Made by a program: the position numbers and the translations under genes. A model generated the notes under the pieces. That model saw only the letters and a program-made list of their open reading frames with translations, was not told where the DNA came from and ran no database searches. A DNA stretch of 64,000 nt from the NCBI RefSeq assembly GCF_009914755.1, contig NC_060931.1; one strand, given 5' to 3'. The DNA is from the human T2T-CHM13v2.0 reference genome, Homo sapiens. Positions within the stretch are counted from its first letter, which is position 1; every line of letters starts with the position of its first letter. Shown here in pieces: positions 14,848 to 29,041 of the stretch.

Positions 14848-15134
14848 CTTTTTTTTTTTTTTTTTGAGACAGAGTCTCACTCTGTCACCCAGGCAGGAGT
14901 GCAGTGGTGCAATTTTGGCTCACTGCAACCTCTGCCACCTGGGCTCAAGTGATTCTCCTGCCTCGAACTCCTAATTAGCTGGGATAATAGGTGTGTGCCA
15001 CCACGCCCAGCTAATTTTTGTACTTTTTAGTAAAGAGGGGGTTTCGCCATGTTGCCCAGGCTGGTCTTGAACTCCTGGCCTCCAGTGATCTGCCCGCCTT
15101 GACCTCCCAAAATGCTGAGCCACTGCACCCGGCC
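14848..15134 (-). mobile_element. Alu (S/J) with a small internal deletion
   Basis: Alu dimer; imperfect TSD tcatggcaatcttt / tcatggtaatgttt. Confidence 0.92.
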
Positions 15135-15824
15135 TCATGGTAATGTTTCATATTCATGCAGACATTTAATGAATATTTATTGAATGCCTGTGAATCTGTT
15201 AGAATTCGTTCAGCTGCAAATAACAGAACACCTTATAGTGCAGGATCAAGGTTGCCCCCAGACGACTGGGAGCTCACTCCAGACAACAAACTATCTGAGA
15301 TTGGGGATCCCCTTTCTCTCTGAGGGTGAGGCAGCACTCCAGCGTGGCCCCTCACTAGTCTCATGACTTCCTCCATTTTATGGATCTTAAGGGAGCTCTG
15401 TTCGCAAACAACCCCTGCAGGCACCTGGCATCCCCAAGGCCCAGCAGCCTGTGTATTATCCCACTACCGTCAATCCATGTGCTTCTAGGAGAGGAACCCA
15501 CACAGCATCTTCAGGAGATTGCCAGCCTCCGGCATGTTTCCCAGTGTGATGATGAGAGAAGGAGAACTGGTCTTTCTATTCTCTTGTCAAGCTTGGTGGG
15601 AGACAAGGACTGCTGGCATTGGTTCCATGGCTAGACTACATCAGGACCAATATTTCTGCTATTTTCTTGGCCTGTTTCTTATGCTTATTGTGTAGTGCTC
15701 ACATGATGTCTGCTATTTTCTATCTTGATTCGTAATTATAAAAATTTAGATATCTGATGCAAGGACCTCCAAGACCTTGTCCTTGATCCTGCAAGGGTTA
15801 AGAAGGAGCCTGTTGGTTTCTACC

Positions 15825-16215
15825 CCTCCATGAAATAACTTGTCAAGGCCACCAATGATTTCCACATTGCCTAATCAAATAATTTGTAGTCCTCATTTCC
15901 TCTGACTTGCAACATTTGGTATAGTTGCTCTCTCCCTGCTTTTTGAAACACTTTTTCCCCATTGGTTTCTAGCATAAAACTTTCACTTGATTCTTCTTCT
16001 CTGCTGTCCACTTCTTCCTGATCTCCTTTGAAGATTTCTCCTTATCTTCCCAGCTTCCAAATGCTGAGGGCCCAAAGGCTGAGTCGCAAGAGACTTCTCT
16101 CATCCTTTAAGTGATCTTAAATTTATCTATTCATCACCTCTTGACTTCCCAGGAAACTTTAATAAGCATCTTAAACTTAATGTGACTAATACCAAACTCC
16201 TGATTCCCTATACCC
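15825..16215 (+). mobile_element. L2 fragment
   Basis: tcaaggccaccaatgatttccacattgcc...catcttaaacttaatgtg. Confidence 0.65.
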
Positions 16216-16603
16216 TTCCCTGTAATTCTGCTCCTCCTTATGTATTCATTTACTAGGCATTTTTAAACTAATATCTCATTTAGATATTAGAATATTCTTA
16301 GAATAACTCAGTTATCTATCATTCTTGCCATTTTACAAAGGAGGAAGTTAAGGATTAAAGATATTAAGTAATTGATACAATGTCATAAAAAGAGCCAGGT
16401 CTGTTTGACTCTAAAACTTGGCTGTTTCTACTACATCACAGCACATTCTAGTCGAAGAGATATTCCTTAGTAGCAAATCTCAGTATTGCCAGACAATTTT
16501 CCATCAATAAATCCAGTATTAAAATTCCCTATTAATTATTTCTGCAGCAAATTCTATTCATTTTTTTTTCTTAGTGGTTTATTTCATAAAGATGAAGGAC
16601 ACT

Positions 16604-16891
16604 GACCAGGCACAGTGGCTCACACCTGTAATTCCAACATTTTGGGAGGCAAAGGCAGGAGAATTGCCCGAGCCCAGGAGTTCAAGATCAGCATGAGCAA
16701 CATAGAGTGACCCCCATCTCTACAAAAAAATTTAAAAAAAAAATAGCCAGGCATGGTGGTGCATACCTGTGGTTCCATCTACCAAGGAGGCTGATGTGGG
16801 AGGAATGCTTGAGGCCAGGAGGTTGAGGCTACAGTGAGCCATGATCATGCCACTGCACTCCAGCCTAGGTGACAGAGCGAGACCCTGACTC

Positions 16892-16938
<47 letters not shown>

Positions 16939-16944
16939 ACACAC
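16604..16944 (+). mobile_element. AluJ with (AC)n microsatellite tail (~16894-16943)
   Basis: J diagnostics (gagcccaggagttcaag, gccatgatcatgccactg, gaccctg). Confidence 0.93.
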
Positions 16945-17899
16945 CCCAAACCACAATCCCTGAATTCCTACTTTACAAATGGGACTACTATGTCTTGCTT
17001 TCTTTTCAACAGGCCAAATGTTGACTCCAATGTTTATCAATCCTATAGAGCATTTAAGTTCATATTTTAAAATTTGCTTATTTTAACCATATTTCTACAA
17101 CCTCTAAGTCATGGAGTACTGACTTTAACTTACTAATTAAATAATACGAACCAACTCTGAATATAAAATATCTAATTCTACTACACATTCGCTCTCCTCT
17201 GGTACTGCCTAGTAAGTGTGGTTGCAGTCATTTCCTATCCAAAAAGACCCTCCTCATTGATCCACCCTAATATCCAGGATGGTACCATTTAGAAATTCAA
17301 CTCTTTATTCCTTTTTAATATATTCTCTATTAAAATTATCACATCCCAGGGATAGGTGCCATTCTGAGTACTCATAAGTTAGCCCAAGAGTAGAATATTT
17401 TTTCAGATTCCTTCTAGATTGTTAACCAGGCCTGACAGTGCTAAGATGAGGAAGGAGAAAGAGGTTGCTTTAAAGGGTAAGTGAGAGGGCATCAAAGACG
17501 AAGTTCCCTTACATCACAAGTTTGCTTCACTTCCCCTTTAAGTGCCCCTTAACACAACCTTGGAAATGAATCTCAGTGGTGATGTCAGGATCCCTTTCAT
17601 CCACCATGACTTTACCCATGGATAAAGAGAAATTTACTTCTTGAAAAGAAAAACTTGCAATGAAATTTAGTTTCCAAACAGCATATGATTCTGAATCATG
17701 TTCCTGTCCTTGACTACTAAAGCAATCTGGCATTACTGTTTTTTCTCAAAACTTTGCAAACAAAAGTCATTTAACCATGGGGTATTTACTGCCCAACAGC
17801 CACACCCTAGGCCCACATTTATAGCTTCAAGGGAGAACCTGGGGATTCCCAAGAAGTAGGCTGTGGGATAAGTGGCCACCATAGTGTGATAAAAAGATC

Positions 17900-18080
17900 A
17901 CCTCAAAGTCAAAAAAACCCTGGTTTGAATCACAGCTCTGCCATTTACAATCTTTCTGGCTTGGGGCAAGTCACTTAACTTCTCTCATCTTCAATTGCTT
18001 CATCTAAAATCTGGACATAATATGATCCACCTCACAGAATTTTTCCAAGAATGACATATGAGAATACTTAGCAAAAAGAA
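17900..18080 (+). mobile_element. MIR
   Basis: ggtttgaatcacagctctgccatttac...ggcaagtcacttaacttctct. Confidence 0.7.
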
Positions 18081-18733
18081 CAGTAGCAAAGTAAAGATAC
18101 TCCATAATTGTTTTTAATATCAAGCTAGACAGAGTTCTGTTTTTCCTCTCTGGTCATGGGATAAAAAGCCTTGAGCACTTACGGTAACCCTTTCTCTTAA
18201 CTATCCTCCAAGATTCTGGGGCCCAAACCCCAGATTTACATGTACACAAATGAAAGGATATAGTAGTCAAACACCAAATGCTTAATTTCAAGAGAACAAC
18301 ACAACAGCAATTTTTACCTAAAACCACCTCCAATAACAACTCAGAGAAATTCTCGAATTCCACAGTTAGTATTAATTATCTATTATTTATTTTGACGGTT
18401 TCCATTTACAGCATAAATTTACCTGATAGAAGTAATATATGAATCTTATCAGCCATTTATATCTCAATAGGAATGACTTTATGATATAATTTTTCTGAGA
18501 CCACATATAGCCACGAAGGAAACATGAGGTACGTGAGGTCTCTGCATGGTTCCTACAAGAAGAATAGCCTATAGGAAGGGGACTTGGAAGCTCTGGAAAG
18601 GTCAAATTCTCTTGGTCCAGATTTTGCATCGAACATATCCCATGTGGACAGGAAATCTAGGACAGGATCCTAAACTAGGAAATAACTTTGCTGGGCAGAC
18701 AGTCTTCTTAGTCTTGCACAGAAAATTACTTCA

Positions 18734-18900
18734 AGGTTGCCAGCTTTCACAAATAAAAATGCAGGATGCTCACTGAAATGTGAATGTCAGATAAAGAATA
18801 ACTTTTTATTTAAATATAACATAATTCTACTTTATAGTGTACATTACTCATTGTTTATCTGAGTTTTTAACTGAGTGTCCTGTATTTCATTAGGCAACCT
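18734..18900. mobile_element. MER53 palindromic hAT MITE
   Basis: TIRs aggttgcc / ggcaacct; aaataaaaatgcaggatg...tcagataaa mirrored by tttatctga...tcctgtattt; flanked by acttca on both sides. Confidence 0.8.
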
Positions 18901-19109
18901 ACTTCACATTCTTGAAAGGTCCAGGGGCAGTAGGACCCAGAAACTTTTCTAAGACTCAGATGTCAGATTACAAACAGAATAATATGATAGTCAATATTAT
19001 CACTGCGAAAGAAAGATTGTAGGATGAGATTTACTATTCATGCAGAGAGAAGCATCTCTGTGACCTTCCTGTTCCAAGAGATGGATGGTATACTGAAGCT
19101 GTGTTTCTT

Positions 19110-19849
<740 letters not shown>

Positions 19850-20810
19850 TGCAGCTTCTTCTTTACGCCAAGATATTTTATTTGCCTTTTGGGAGAAAGA
19901 TGGAAGTACACATTCCTGTATTTATTCAACACGTGTGAAAGTCACTCTCCTAAAAAGACTGATAGTTTCCCAACTGAGTGGTCCCTTATTTAAAGCTATA
20001 TGTTAAAGGCAATTAAAAGAAAATTGAAGTCATATCATTTCCTCTCTCCTATTTGAAAATCAAATCAGTAGATTTCATTTAATTATTTTATTATTTCCTT
20101 CCTTTTTAAAAAATCATTATTCTGTCTTTGGAGGACTTGGAGGACTTTCCACATAAACTTAGCTTGAAGGAAGGAGGCTGCATGAAAGCTTTGAATTCAT
20201 CATGAATTTTGTTTCTTAGGACATATGGTCAAACTAAAGTAGTGACCTGCACACTTTGAACATGAAAGTCAATATCCAGACCTAGTAAGGTATATTTTGC
20301 ACAGAATAAATGAATAAGCCAAGTTTACTTTTTCCCTTCTTGAAACTAAAATCTTCTATTCAGAATAGAAGTGCATCATGTATAAGTGACCTTCTCTTTT
20401 CACTGAATCTCACAGAGATTGGTGGAACATGGGTATCAAGAGCATGGGGCAGCAACATCCAGGCTAATAGGAGCTCATTAGGATGATCTATTAATCTTTC
20501 ATAAGCCATTTCTGTAATTTTTTGCCAAAAAGAATGAAATATCCTTATTGGTATCTAACATGAATGACTACAACCATGTTACAAGTAATATTAAACTACT
20601 AGCTTAAAATTTCTAGAAAAAGAAACAAAAATTTAGAATATTTAGCAAAACTTTTTTGTTTTCATTTGTTTATGACCCAGTCTGTGATAATTGTAGCCCA
20701 GAAAACCACACAGGTTCTTCTCACCTTAAAGAATGTCAGTAACTGTAGGAGTAATAGTCGCTAAGAATAAAGACTACTTAATAAAAATATGATATATTTT
20801 TTAAAATTAC

Positions 20811-20880
20811 TTATCAATCATGCGGAGCCAACTGGAAGATAGGACGTTGCTGTGCAGTGTGCTGCCTTTTATACAAATTC
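20811..20880 (-). other. Candidate 70-nt exon
   Basis: Acceptor ctttgcctttgttaacttttag and donor AA|gtaatt; retains CpGs in unique DNA; phase-2 entry reads NLYKRQHTAQQRPIFQLAPHD*. Confidence 0.35.
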
Positions 20881-21579
20881 CTAAAAGTTAACAAAGGCAA
20901 AGTCTGTTGTTTCCCCAGCCTCCTCTGGCTACACTGTTTCTATCCCTTCTCCATTGGTATCAGCCTTTCTATCCATTCCCAGTGGTTTCTGGGACCCTCT
21001 TGCTCCTGTCACTCCCCCTGCTCCTTCCCTACAGAACAAACAAAACAACACAAAACAAAAAATAAACAATTATAGCTACATATTGTTGCTAGTAATCAAC
21101 ATTAAATAATTATTTAGTATATTTAATATTTATATGTAATCAACTAACAATATTATTAAATATTAAGTACTATTAAATATTTATTATTACTTAATATTTA
21201 TTAATAATCATTTATTAATATTATTAATCGTTAATTACATATAAAGTAATTAGTGGTTAATTTGAATGCATTTTTATTAACAGCAATTTAGTAAAAATGC
21301 ATTCAATTAATGAGCTATTCTCACTGATGCCTATACTTTTTCAAGTTTTTATAGGAAAAAAAAAGCTCTTAAACCTGGCCTTTCATGGTTAATCTCAAAG
21401 AATTAAACTTTGCCCCAGTCTGGAGTGTCCCAAGCCCATCCAGCTTGGGGCATTCTGAATTTCCTCTTCCTTATGTTCTGCATCTTTTATGTAAAGGCAT
21501 CACTTACACCGGAGATCAGAAATCATTCTTGAATGACAGTTCTTATTCTTCATTCTTTCTAAGACCTATTCCTGACTAA

Positions 21580-21850
21580 TAATACTCCTCAAAATGTAGT
21601 GGCTGAAAGAAACAAAGATCTATGATTTCTTATGGCTCTGTGGGTTGGTTGGGCAGTTCTTCTGCTAATTTCTTCTGAGAAAGAAGATTCAGCTAGAATG
21701 TTCTCTACTTTGGCAGAGAATGCCGGCTAGTGGCTAGGGTGTCCAATATCTCCTCTTCCTCTTATCCTCTTATCTTGCTAGAGTGGTTTTCTACCATGGC
21801 CCTCTCAGGCAGTGTTTCATGGGCCAAAAGCAGAAGCTTTAAGCTTGGAA
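21580..21850 (-). mobile_element. MLT1 LTR fragment
   Basis: caaaatgtagtggctgaaa...ggctctgtgggttggttgggcagttcttctgct. Confidence 0.55.
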
Positions 21851-21920
21851 GTCACATGCTGTATTTTTCTTCATAGCACTTACCATCACATAACATGATA
21901 TGACTATGCACATAGTGTAC

Positions 21921-22117
21921 TTCCTTTCTTTCTTTTTTTTCTTTTCCTTCTTTCTCTTTCTTTTTTCTTTCTTTCTTTCCTTTCTTTTCCTTCCTTCCTT
22001 CCTCTTTCCTTTCTCTTCTTTCTTTTTCTTTCCTTATTTTCCTTCCTTCCTTTTCTTTCTTCCTTTCTTCTTTTTTCTTTCTTTCTTTCTCTCTCTCTCT
22101 CTCTCTCTTCCTTTCCT
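21921..22117. repeat. ~195-bp pure pyrimidine (CT/CTT/CTTT) tract inside an L2
   Basis: Direct reading; L2 3' sequence on both sides (catagcacttaccatc... / tagaatgcaagct...tgaatgaatg). Confidence 0.95.
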
Positions 22118-22259
22118 CAGTAGAATGCAAGCTTTGTTAAGAGAAAGGACTTTATCTTTTTGCCTCAATATTTCCAGCATCAGCATCCAAAACAGTGCCT
22201 GGCACAGAAGAGGAGCTTTACAAATAATTATTGAATGAATGTAAGAATGGATCTTCCTC

Positions 22260-22978
22260 TTCCTTATTCACCAGGCCCTGCCAATTCAATATTCAAGCAG
22301 ACAATCCAGAATCCCATCGACTTTCACAAGATACTCAAATATCCTCCTAACCCATCTCCTTGCTCAGGTTTCTCCCCATCTTAAGTCCACCCTCCATATA
22401 CATCTAAGGATTGTTTCTGAAGAAGAGGGCAGATCATAGCGTTTATCTGCTTCAGGACTTCAGTGGCCCCCTCGCTGCCAATAAAGTGCCAAACCTTCAC
22501 CACAGAATTCAGAGCCTTCATGACATGATTTGAATCTCCCTATTCTGCCTTTGTTCCTCCTCAACTACCCCCATTTCCAACCCACAAGTCTTGCTTCCGA
22601 TGTGCAGTTGCCTCCCCAAGCTACTCTGCCTTCCCTGAGCCTTCCAGGCTCTTTGATATAATTCGCATCTTTGCAAATGCTGGAATATTCTTCTTACCTT
22701 TTCTGGCTAACAAACTCCTGTCCATCTTCAACATCCAGCAATCCCATGATCTCTTCATTGAAGGATTGTGCAACATCCCTTTATTTCCAGGTTTCCTCAG
22801 AAATCTGAACGTAGCTAAATAAATTGTTTTATTATGATTGTTTTCCTATATGGCTGCCCCTTCTTCCCCATTTCCAACAAACTGTTATCTGCTGTGTCTC
22901 TTTCTTTTAATTTCTGTATTACACTCCAGGCAGAGCCTAACACAAAGTAGATGTTTAGCAAATTTTAGTTGCATGAAT
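22260..22978 (+). mobile_element. L2 fragment
   Basis: cttcagtggccccctcgctgcc...gagcctaacacaaagtagatgtttagcaaat. Confidence 0.55.
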
Positions 22979-25224
22979 ATTCCCAAATCTATATTTGGGA
23001 AGTATCAACATTGGAGTAGGATTCAGTGAAGATCACTACACCCCAGGATAATTCCAGACTCAAGAGCACAATGGATGCAGGCATTATGAATGAAGAGAGC
23101 TGGGAAGATAATATACCCTGAGACTTTTGTCATTTAGCTAAAATTTTAGGCTTCTTCTCAGACAGCCTCATCAGAAATCAAAGGAGGCCAATTCACAAAT
23201 GCTAACTACTGAGAATGCGATTTGCTATAAACCCATGGAGATAAGCAATTGCAAAAAAGATCTGAGAGGTTGGTTTTCCTACTCAATTTACCAGAGCATA
23301 GGGCATGGCAGGGTAATGGACGTGAAATGCATCCACTCAGACTCACATTAAGTCAACTCTAGAAATGTTGGAAACCAGGGACTCCCAGAGCAAATAAATA
23401 ATTCTTCTCCAGATTTTTTTTTCCCTAGCCAAAGACGATTGAATCCCTAACAGTATGTATATTTTTGTACAGTGAAGTGTTGAAGCTTTCTTCTTGTACT
23501 ATTGATAACTTTTTCAGAAATATATGAAATAGTATTGATATGGTCTTAGTTCTTTCCACACGATAACTTTTATTGTAATCCTCTATCATGACATTTTAGC
23601 AGAGAGTGAGCCAAGCATGCTGAGCACCTACTGCATGACATTTCCAGCACAGATGTACAGGCTTGCCCTACATAAGGTGTACCAGCTGGCTGGCCAAAAG
23701 TAATGCATTTCTACTGATGTTTCTCTGTTATATCCCAAATCTTAAGACCTTGTGTTAGCAGAAAAGATGAGTGCAGATCATCCTACCCTGGAATTCTTTT
23801 TACTTGTCAAGGACAATCAGATCCCAAGAGAGCACTTTGTATATTTTTGCTCAATGAAACGTTCAAATTTTTTTCTTGTACACTAATGTTGAAAACTTTT
23901 TTGGAAACATACCAACTTGTATTGACCTTGTAAGTACTCCAGTTCCTTTTTGGCTCTGATTTTGTCTTGGAGTTATAAAAGAAAGAATATACTTTCTACA
24001 TTTTTCGACAAGCATATGGTTAAACGTGGTATGTTAAATATGATTTGTTTTTCTAAAGAAAATGCATTTAATCAGCATCTTTTGGCCTTTATTGATCACA
24101 GTCATGAAAATAAAAATGTTTAGAATAATACTAGTGATGCCAATAAGGCCCCTTCTGCTCTAAAAGAATACTACTTCTCCCACTCCTGGGCTGACAATTT
24201 TGGTGATTAATATTAATCCTTTCCATTAAAGCAGAGACTTTATCACCAGAATACCACCATTATCTGCAAACATGATCTGCACACTACTATTGTGTCCCCA
24301 TTATTGCTTTAGCCCTGACATAGCAAAGATGAGGCTCATGGGCAGTCATCATCACCTCCTGAACCCCTGGCCTTACTGCTAAACCTTATCATTCTTCCCT
24401 GCTAATCCTGGATCAGAACCCAAATCAGACCAAAGAATTGTCTTCAACCAATTACTTCCAATACCCATGATCTAGAAAGCAAATCCATGCCGGAGAAAAA
24501 AAAAAAAAACCTATTTTGGTGTGATATATTTGCTGTGATATAAAAACCTATTTAATATTTCTATTTCTCTCAAATGGGGCACCTCCCAACTCTTGAAAAA
24601 TGCCAATGAAGCCAAACTATGAAGAATTAGATCAGATGTATACAGAAGCCACTTTTCAAAAAAAATATACCTTGTCCAAAACAACCAACAAACAAAAACA
24701 TGAAAGCAGAAATATCAGAGCTTGAATTGGGCCTCATTAAAGGCATTAAATGAACTTGAAGGAAACCTGTCTAACAAAGATGAGGCAGGCTGAAGAGGGT
24801 AAAACAGAAGATGGGATATAAAATTTGCCGATAATTATTCACCACAACTCCAAAAGAGAGACTTTGAATCTGGAATTACACTCCAAATTGTTATCTGTTG
24901 TGGGGCAAAGTTCACTAACCTTTACCAAAATATGGATGAACCATTCCCCTAAACTATCCAATTCCCTGTGATCTGATCCTGCACCTACCAAGCAACTTTC
25001 CAACTTCTGAGCTCTGATACCAGTAAGAGTGTTCCCTGAAAAGCCAACTCCAGCAATCCCTAGTAATAAATATTCCCCACTTAAACTAATTAGATGGTAA
25101 AGGAAACAATTTTTTAATAAGTGAATGTTAGTGTCCAGTCTGATCCATCCTGAATTTTCTCCTTATAAATAAGTACATTGGCTACTTGGTTTATACATCA
25201 GTCTCTTTTGAGGTAAGTCACTAG

Positions 25225-25500
25225 GGCTGTTCCCCAAATAGTTCCAGTCTTCCACATATTAGGCTTATGGTAGGATTGGACCTCCTGACCCCTGTGGTTG
25301 GATGAGGCCATGTGACAATGGTGTATTCATGAGTGGAAGTGATGTGTCACTTCACGGCTAGAGCACCTAATTGCTGGTGTAGACTTTCCAGAGCTTTCAT
25401 TTCCCTAGTGAGGGTGGTTTGGCAACATTTAAGACATGGGCTGCTCGGTAATAGGTCCTGGAAGGAGGTCACTGTGGAGCACAGGTCCCCAGATGGTGGG
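25225..25500 (+). mobile_element. MLT1J-like LTR fragment
   Basis: gaggccatgtgac...gagtggaagtgatgtgtcacttc. Confidence 0.6.
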
Positions 25501-25754
25501 GCCAAGAGCAAAAAAATAAAAATAAAAATGAACTGGGTAACCCATTCAGGGATGACTTAATAATCATTCTGATGTTTTTCTAACGTGAATTGTATATTGG
25601 CATAAATTCTTAAGTAGAGTATGTTGGACATAGCTTAAATATTTTTCATAATGATCCAGAATCAATTATTATTATGAGCCCAAAGTAATTGAGGGTCCAA
25701 TTAGTTACGAGTGTTCATGGAGGTTGGGGCCTGAGAATGAAACAAAAATTGACC

Positions 25755-25955
25755 AGGCCATTTGCATAATAATTTCATTTAATTCCTACAATGACTTGGC
25801 CAGTTATATTGTATGATTTTCATTTTACAAACGATAAAACAGACACTCTGAGATTTTAAATAACTTGCCAAGGATTACATAGCTAATAAATGGGTGGTAG
25901 ATGGAGATTTTATATATGGAACTGTTTGTCTACAAAAGCCACTGCTTTCTAGACT
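25755..25955 (-). mobile_element. MIR
   Basis: ttcatttaattcctacaa...cattttacaaacgataaaacaga...taacttgccaagg. Confidence 0.65.
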
Positions 25956-27019
25956 GCTACGTCCCTAATGTTTGGCATTAAATTATACTTTAAGATTTAC
26001 TTCTATCTCCTCCTATGTTGAAGTTCTGTTTGTTGCTAGCAATATATTTGCTTTTAGTTATAGCCCAAGCCTTCTCTATTAATTTGTTGCTTTTAATGAG
26101 TAGTGAGTTGAAGAAAGCAATAAACAATTGTGTTAGATGTGCTAGGAGGAAACGTGCTCTGGCCAAGGACTTGATGTACGTGTTCTATGAGCACAAAACT
26201 TTTAACATGTAAACACTGTGAAATTTCTTTTTGAAGAATAAGGCCGGTATTCACAAGCCTTGTGCTTTGCAGATACGTTCTGACAAATGGATTTTACTAG
26301 AAAAGCGAATTTCAGATAACTGGAAATATTTCCATCCATATTTATCTTTCTACATCTGCTTTGGAATTTTCATGAATTGTTGTGGTTTATGATAATGGGC
26401 TTTACATTATGGCCAAATGGTTAAAAAGATGATACTTTTAAGGATATGCTGCATAAATGTGCTGAGTTTAAATGGGCCACCTAATGATCTAATAGAATTG
26501 CTTTTAGGTTATTTGAGTATTATTCCCCATTTCATGTTTCTTCAGCTACATTAAAATTGCTTTCTGATTGCTTTCCTAATCCTACTTTATTCAGTCATTT
26601 TCATAAAGGATCTATTGAGTAAGTTAAAAGAAAATGTTATTGCCTTTATGTGGACATAAGAAATAGGAGCCTAAACAGGCAGTAGACAAATTAACCAAAT
26701 AGCTCAAGTAAAATCATTATGTTCTACCATAAACTTGTTTTATCCTTTTGTATTAGTAAAATATAAAATTACTGGTCAATGCCACAAACTCTTACTTTTA
26801 TCAAAAGGAAGTGACTTTGCTGTTTGTGATTTCCTTTGAGTTTTTTTACTTCCCCATAGTTCTAAGTAATAATGAATACACTTTTCAAAATTTCAAATTC
26901 TGCATTAAAATAGGCAGAACAAAGTTTCAATTTTATTCAAGCATGATTTGAGAATCAAAAACTCCAAAACTAAATTAAGAGATGGTTCCTTTCCTCCATA
27001 TGAAAAGAGGCAAAAGCAG

Positions 27020-27865
27020 GACAGTTGGATGGTTAACATTCATGACTGTGGGGTCAAACACTTGGGATTCTGGCTCAGCTACTTGAAAGCAGAGTGATTT
27101 TAAACTAGACACCTCTGAGTCTCAAATTCCTCATCTGCAAAATGAGAACAACAGAACTAGAACAGTAACTGTCCCTCCCTAACGGTGTGGGGTCATTCTT
27201 TTAGCACACAAGAGAAGGCAGCAGTGGGGCGGTATGTCAGCATGGCTAAGTCTGTGGATGCTGACTTCTCTCTGCAGTGGTTCTCACTCTGGCCTTCTCA
27301 TTCACTAGCCCTTAAAAATTGTCTACACCTATGATTCCTCATTTACAAAGGCGAGATCATAATAGTATGCATTCCATAGGTTATTATGAAAAGCAAGGAA
27401 GACAATGAATGTAAGACGATTAGCACATGCCTGGCTGGATTAGTTTGCTAGAGCTGCCATAATAAAATATCACAGACTGGGTGGCTTAAAAAACAGAAAT
27501 TTATGTTTTCAGTTCTGGAAGCTAGAATCCGAGATCAGGGTGTTAACAGTTCTGGTTCCTTCTGAGGTTTCTCTCCCTGGCTTATAGATGGCCATCTTCT
27601 CCTGGTGTCCTCACATCGTCTTCCTTGTGTGCATGTGTATCTGTGTCTTAACCTCCTCTTCTGATAAGGATATCAGTCATATTTAATTAGAGCCCACCCT
27701 AATGATTTCATTTAACTTTGCCTCTTTAAGGGCTCTATCTCCAATTATAGTCACATTCTGAGTTACTGGGGTTTAGACTTCAATATATTAATTGGCAGAA
27801 GAGACATAATTTAGCCAATAAAACTTGCAAATAAAAACCCTCAATAAATGTTAGCTATAGTTATT
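27020..27865 (+). mobile_element. Two MIR copies, the second interrupted by an MLT1A LTR
   Basis: MIR cores at ~27030-27180 and ~27225-27435; tail ctcaataaatgttagctat resumes at ~27840. Confidence 0.65.
27436..27823 (-). mobile_element. MLT1A/A0 solo LTR
   Basis: ttagtttgctagagctgccataataaaatatcacagactgggtggcttaa...agtcacattctgag. Confidence 0.85.
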
Positions 27866-28059
27866 GCTGCTGCTGTTGTTAATAGAATAGTTAATTAAAT
27901 AATTTATGGACTTCAAAAGGTAGAAAGTCATCAATACTGAATTAATAATAGACTGTTTTCCAATGTTTTATTTCACAAACAGTCATTTTAATCATGATGA
28001 TGTTTAAATCATGTTATCTGCCATATCATGTGATTTGGGAGAATTCTAAGCGTAAGCTT

Positions 28060-28292
28060 CTGGTAGTTTCCTACATTAGTCAAACTACTAATGAGGTCAG
28101 GGTTAAAGGTTTAGTCCATGTTTAGGCCAATGACTTCATTTTGTTCTGTAGTTGCAGAATGTACCCCATCCCTGGTCAGTCACATAACAAATAAAAGCCA
28201 TTGTTTCATAATGGGAACAGGGCAAAAGGGTGCATGGATCAGTAGAAATCTATGGGCATGACTGGAAAAACCACCCAGAGGACATGCCCTTC
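28060..28292 (+). mobile_element. MamSINE1 (tRNA-derived ancient SINE)
   Basis: ctaatgaggtcagggtt...tgcatggatcagtagaaatctat...actggaaaaaccacccagaggacatgccct matches the remembered MamSINE1 consensus. Confidence 0.65.
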
Positions 28293-29015
28293 TCTAAGTG
28301 AATAAGTGATTTATCAGATCTCCTTTTCAGCATGAAATGCAAAAATACTTAAGAAATGACAATTGTCTCCCCAAAAAAGCAGCGAGTGGAAAATAAGACT
28401 TTACTTTGATTTTCTCTTTTTAAAGTGCTTAAGCTAGTATAATGAAACTATTGGTATCTAGAGAAGCATCGAATGGCCAACCATTTACATTATTCCTTAT
28501 TCTTCTTGTAATTTCCTTGGAAGATATTGAAACACTGTGCTCTGAGAAGATAAAGGATGAATAAAGATTTGATTATATTTTTAGATACGGATATACATAC
28601 TTTGTTTTCTACCAAAAAGGGTGTGCATGGATCAGCAGAAATCTATCAGCATCACCAGAAAAACAACCCAGAGTTCTCTAAATGAATAAATGATTTCTTA
28701 TCATATCTTTTTTCAAAGTGAAATGAAAAAATTTCAAGAATCCAACTCTATTTTGAAAATTATTTGCTATATAACAGATATATACCAGAAGTTTGTGTGT
28801 ATCCCATAGCTTATTTTCAAGAATCTTAAATTGCTATCACTTGGAATCACTGATATTTTCATGCAACTTTAGTTGATAAAGAAAATTTAAAAGGAATAAT
28901 TATTTTTGTTTTCCTTGAAAATCAACTGAATATGTAAATTCATCTCTTTTGTCTCCATACACTTATTCATGAAACTATGTTAAATAAAAATAGAAGCACC
29001 ACTTATAAAACATAC

Positions 29016-29041
29016 CCTAATGAAATTCTCCTAGCTAGGTT
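29016..29041 (-). other. Candidate 26-nt micro-exon
   Basis: gttgttttctgctcatggcag|AACCTAGCTAGGAGAATTTCATTAGG|gtatgt. Confidence 0.2.

Noticed and set aside
20353-20371. Small palindrome cttctattc-a-gaatagaag, plus short direct repeats at 33941-33970 and 41265-41338
   Set aside because: Short enough to be chance or ordinary slippage.
21852-22238. K/E/R-rich and F/S/L-rich ORFs
   Set aside because: Translations of the CT simple repeat; the ORFs at 11180-11565 similarly come from the GT repeat.
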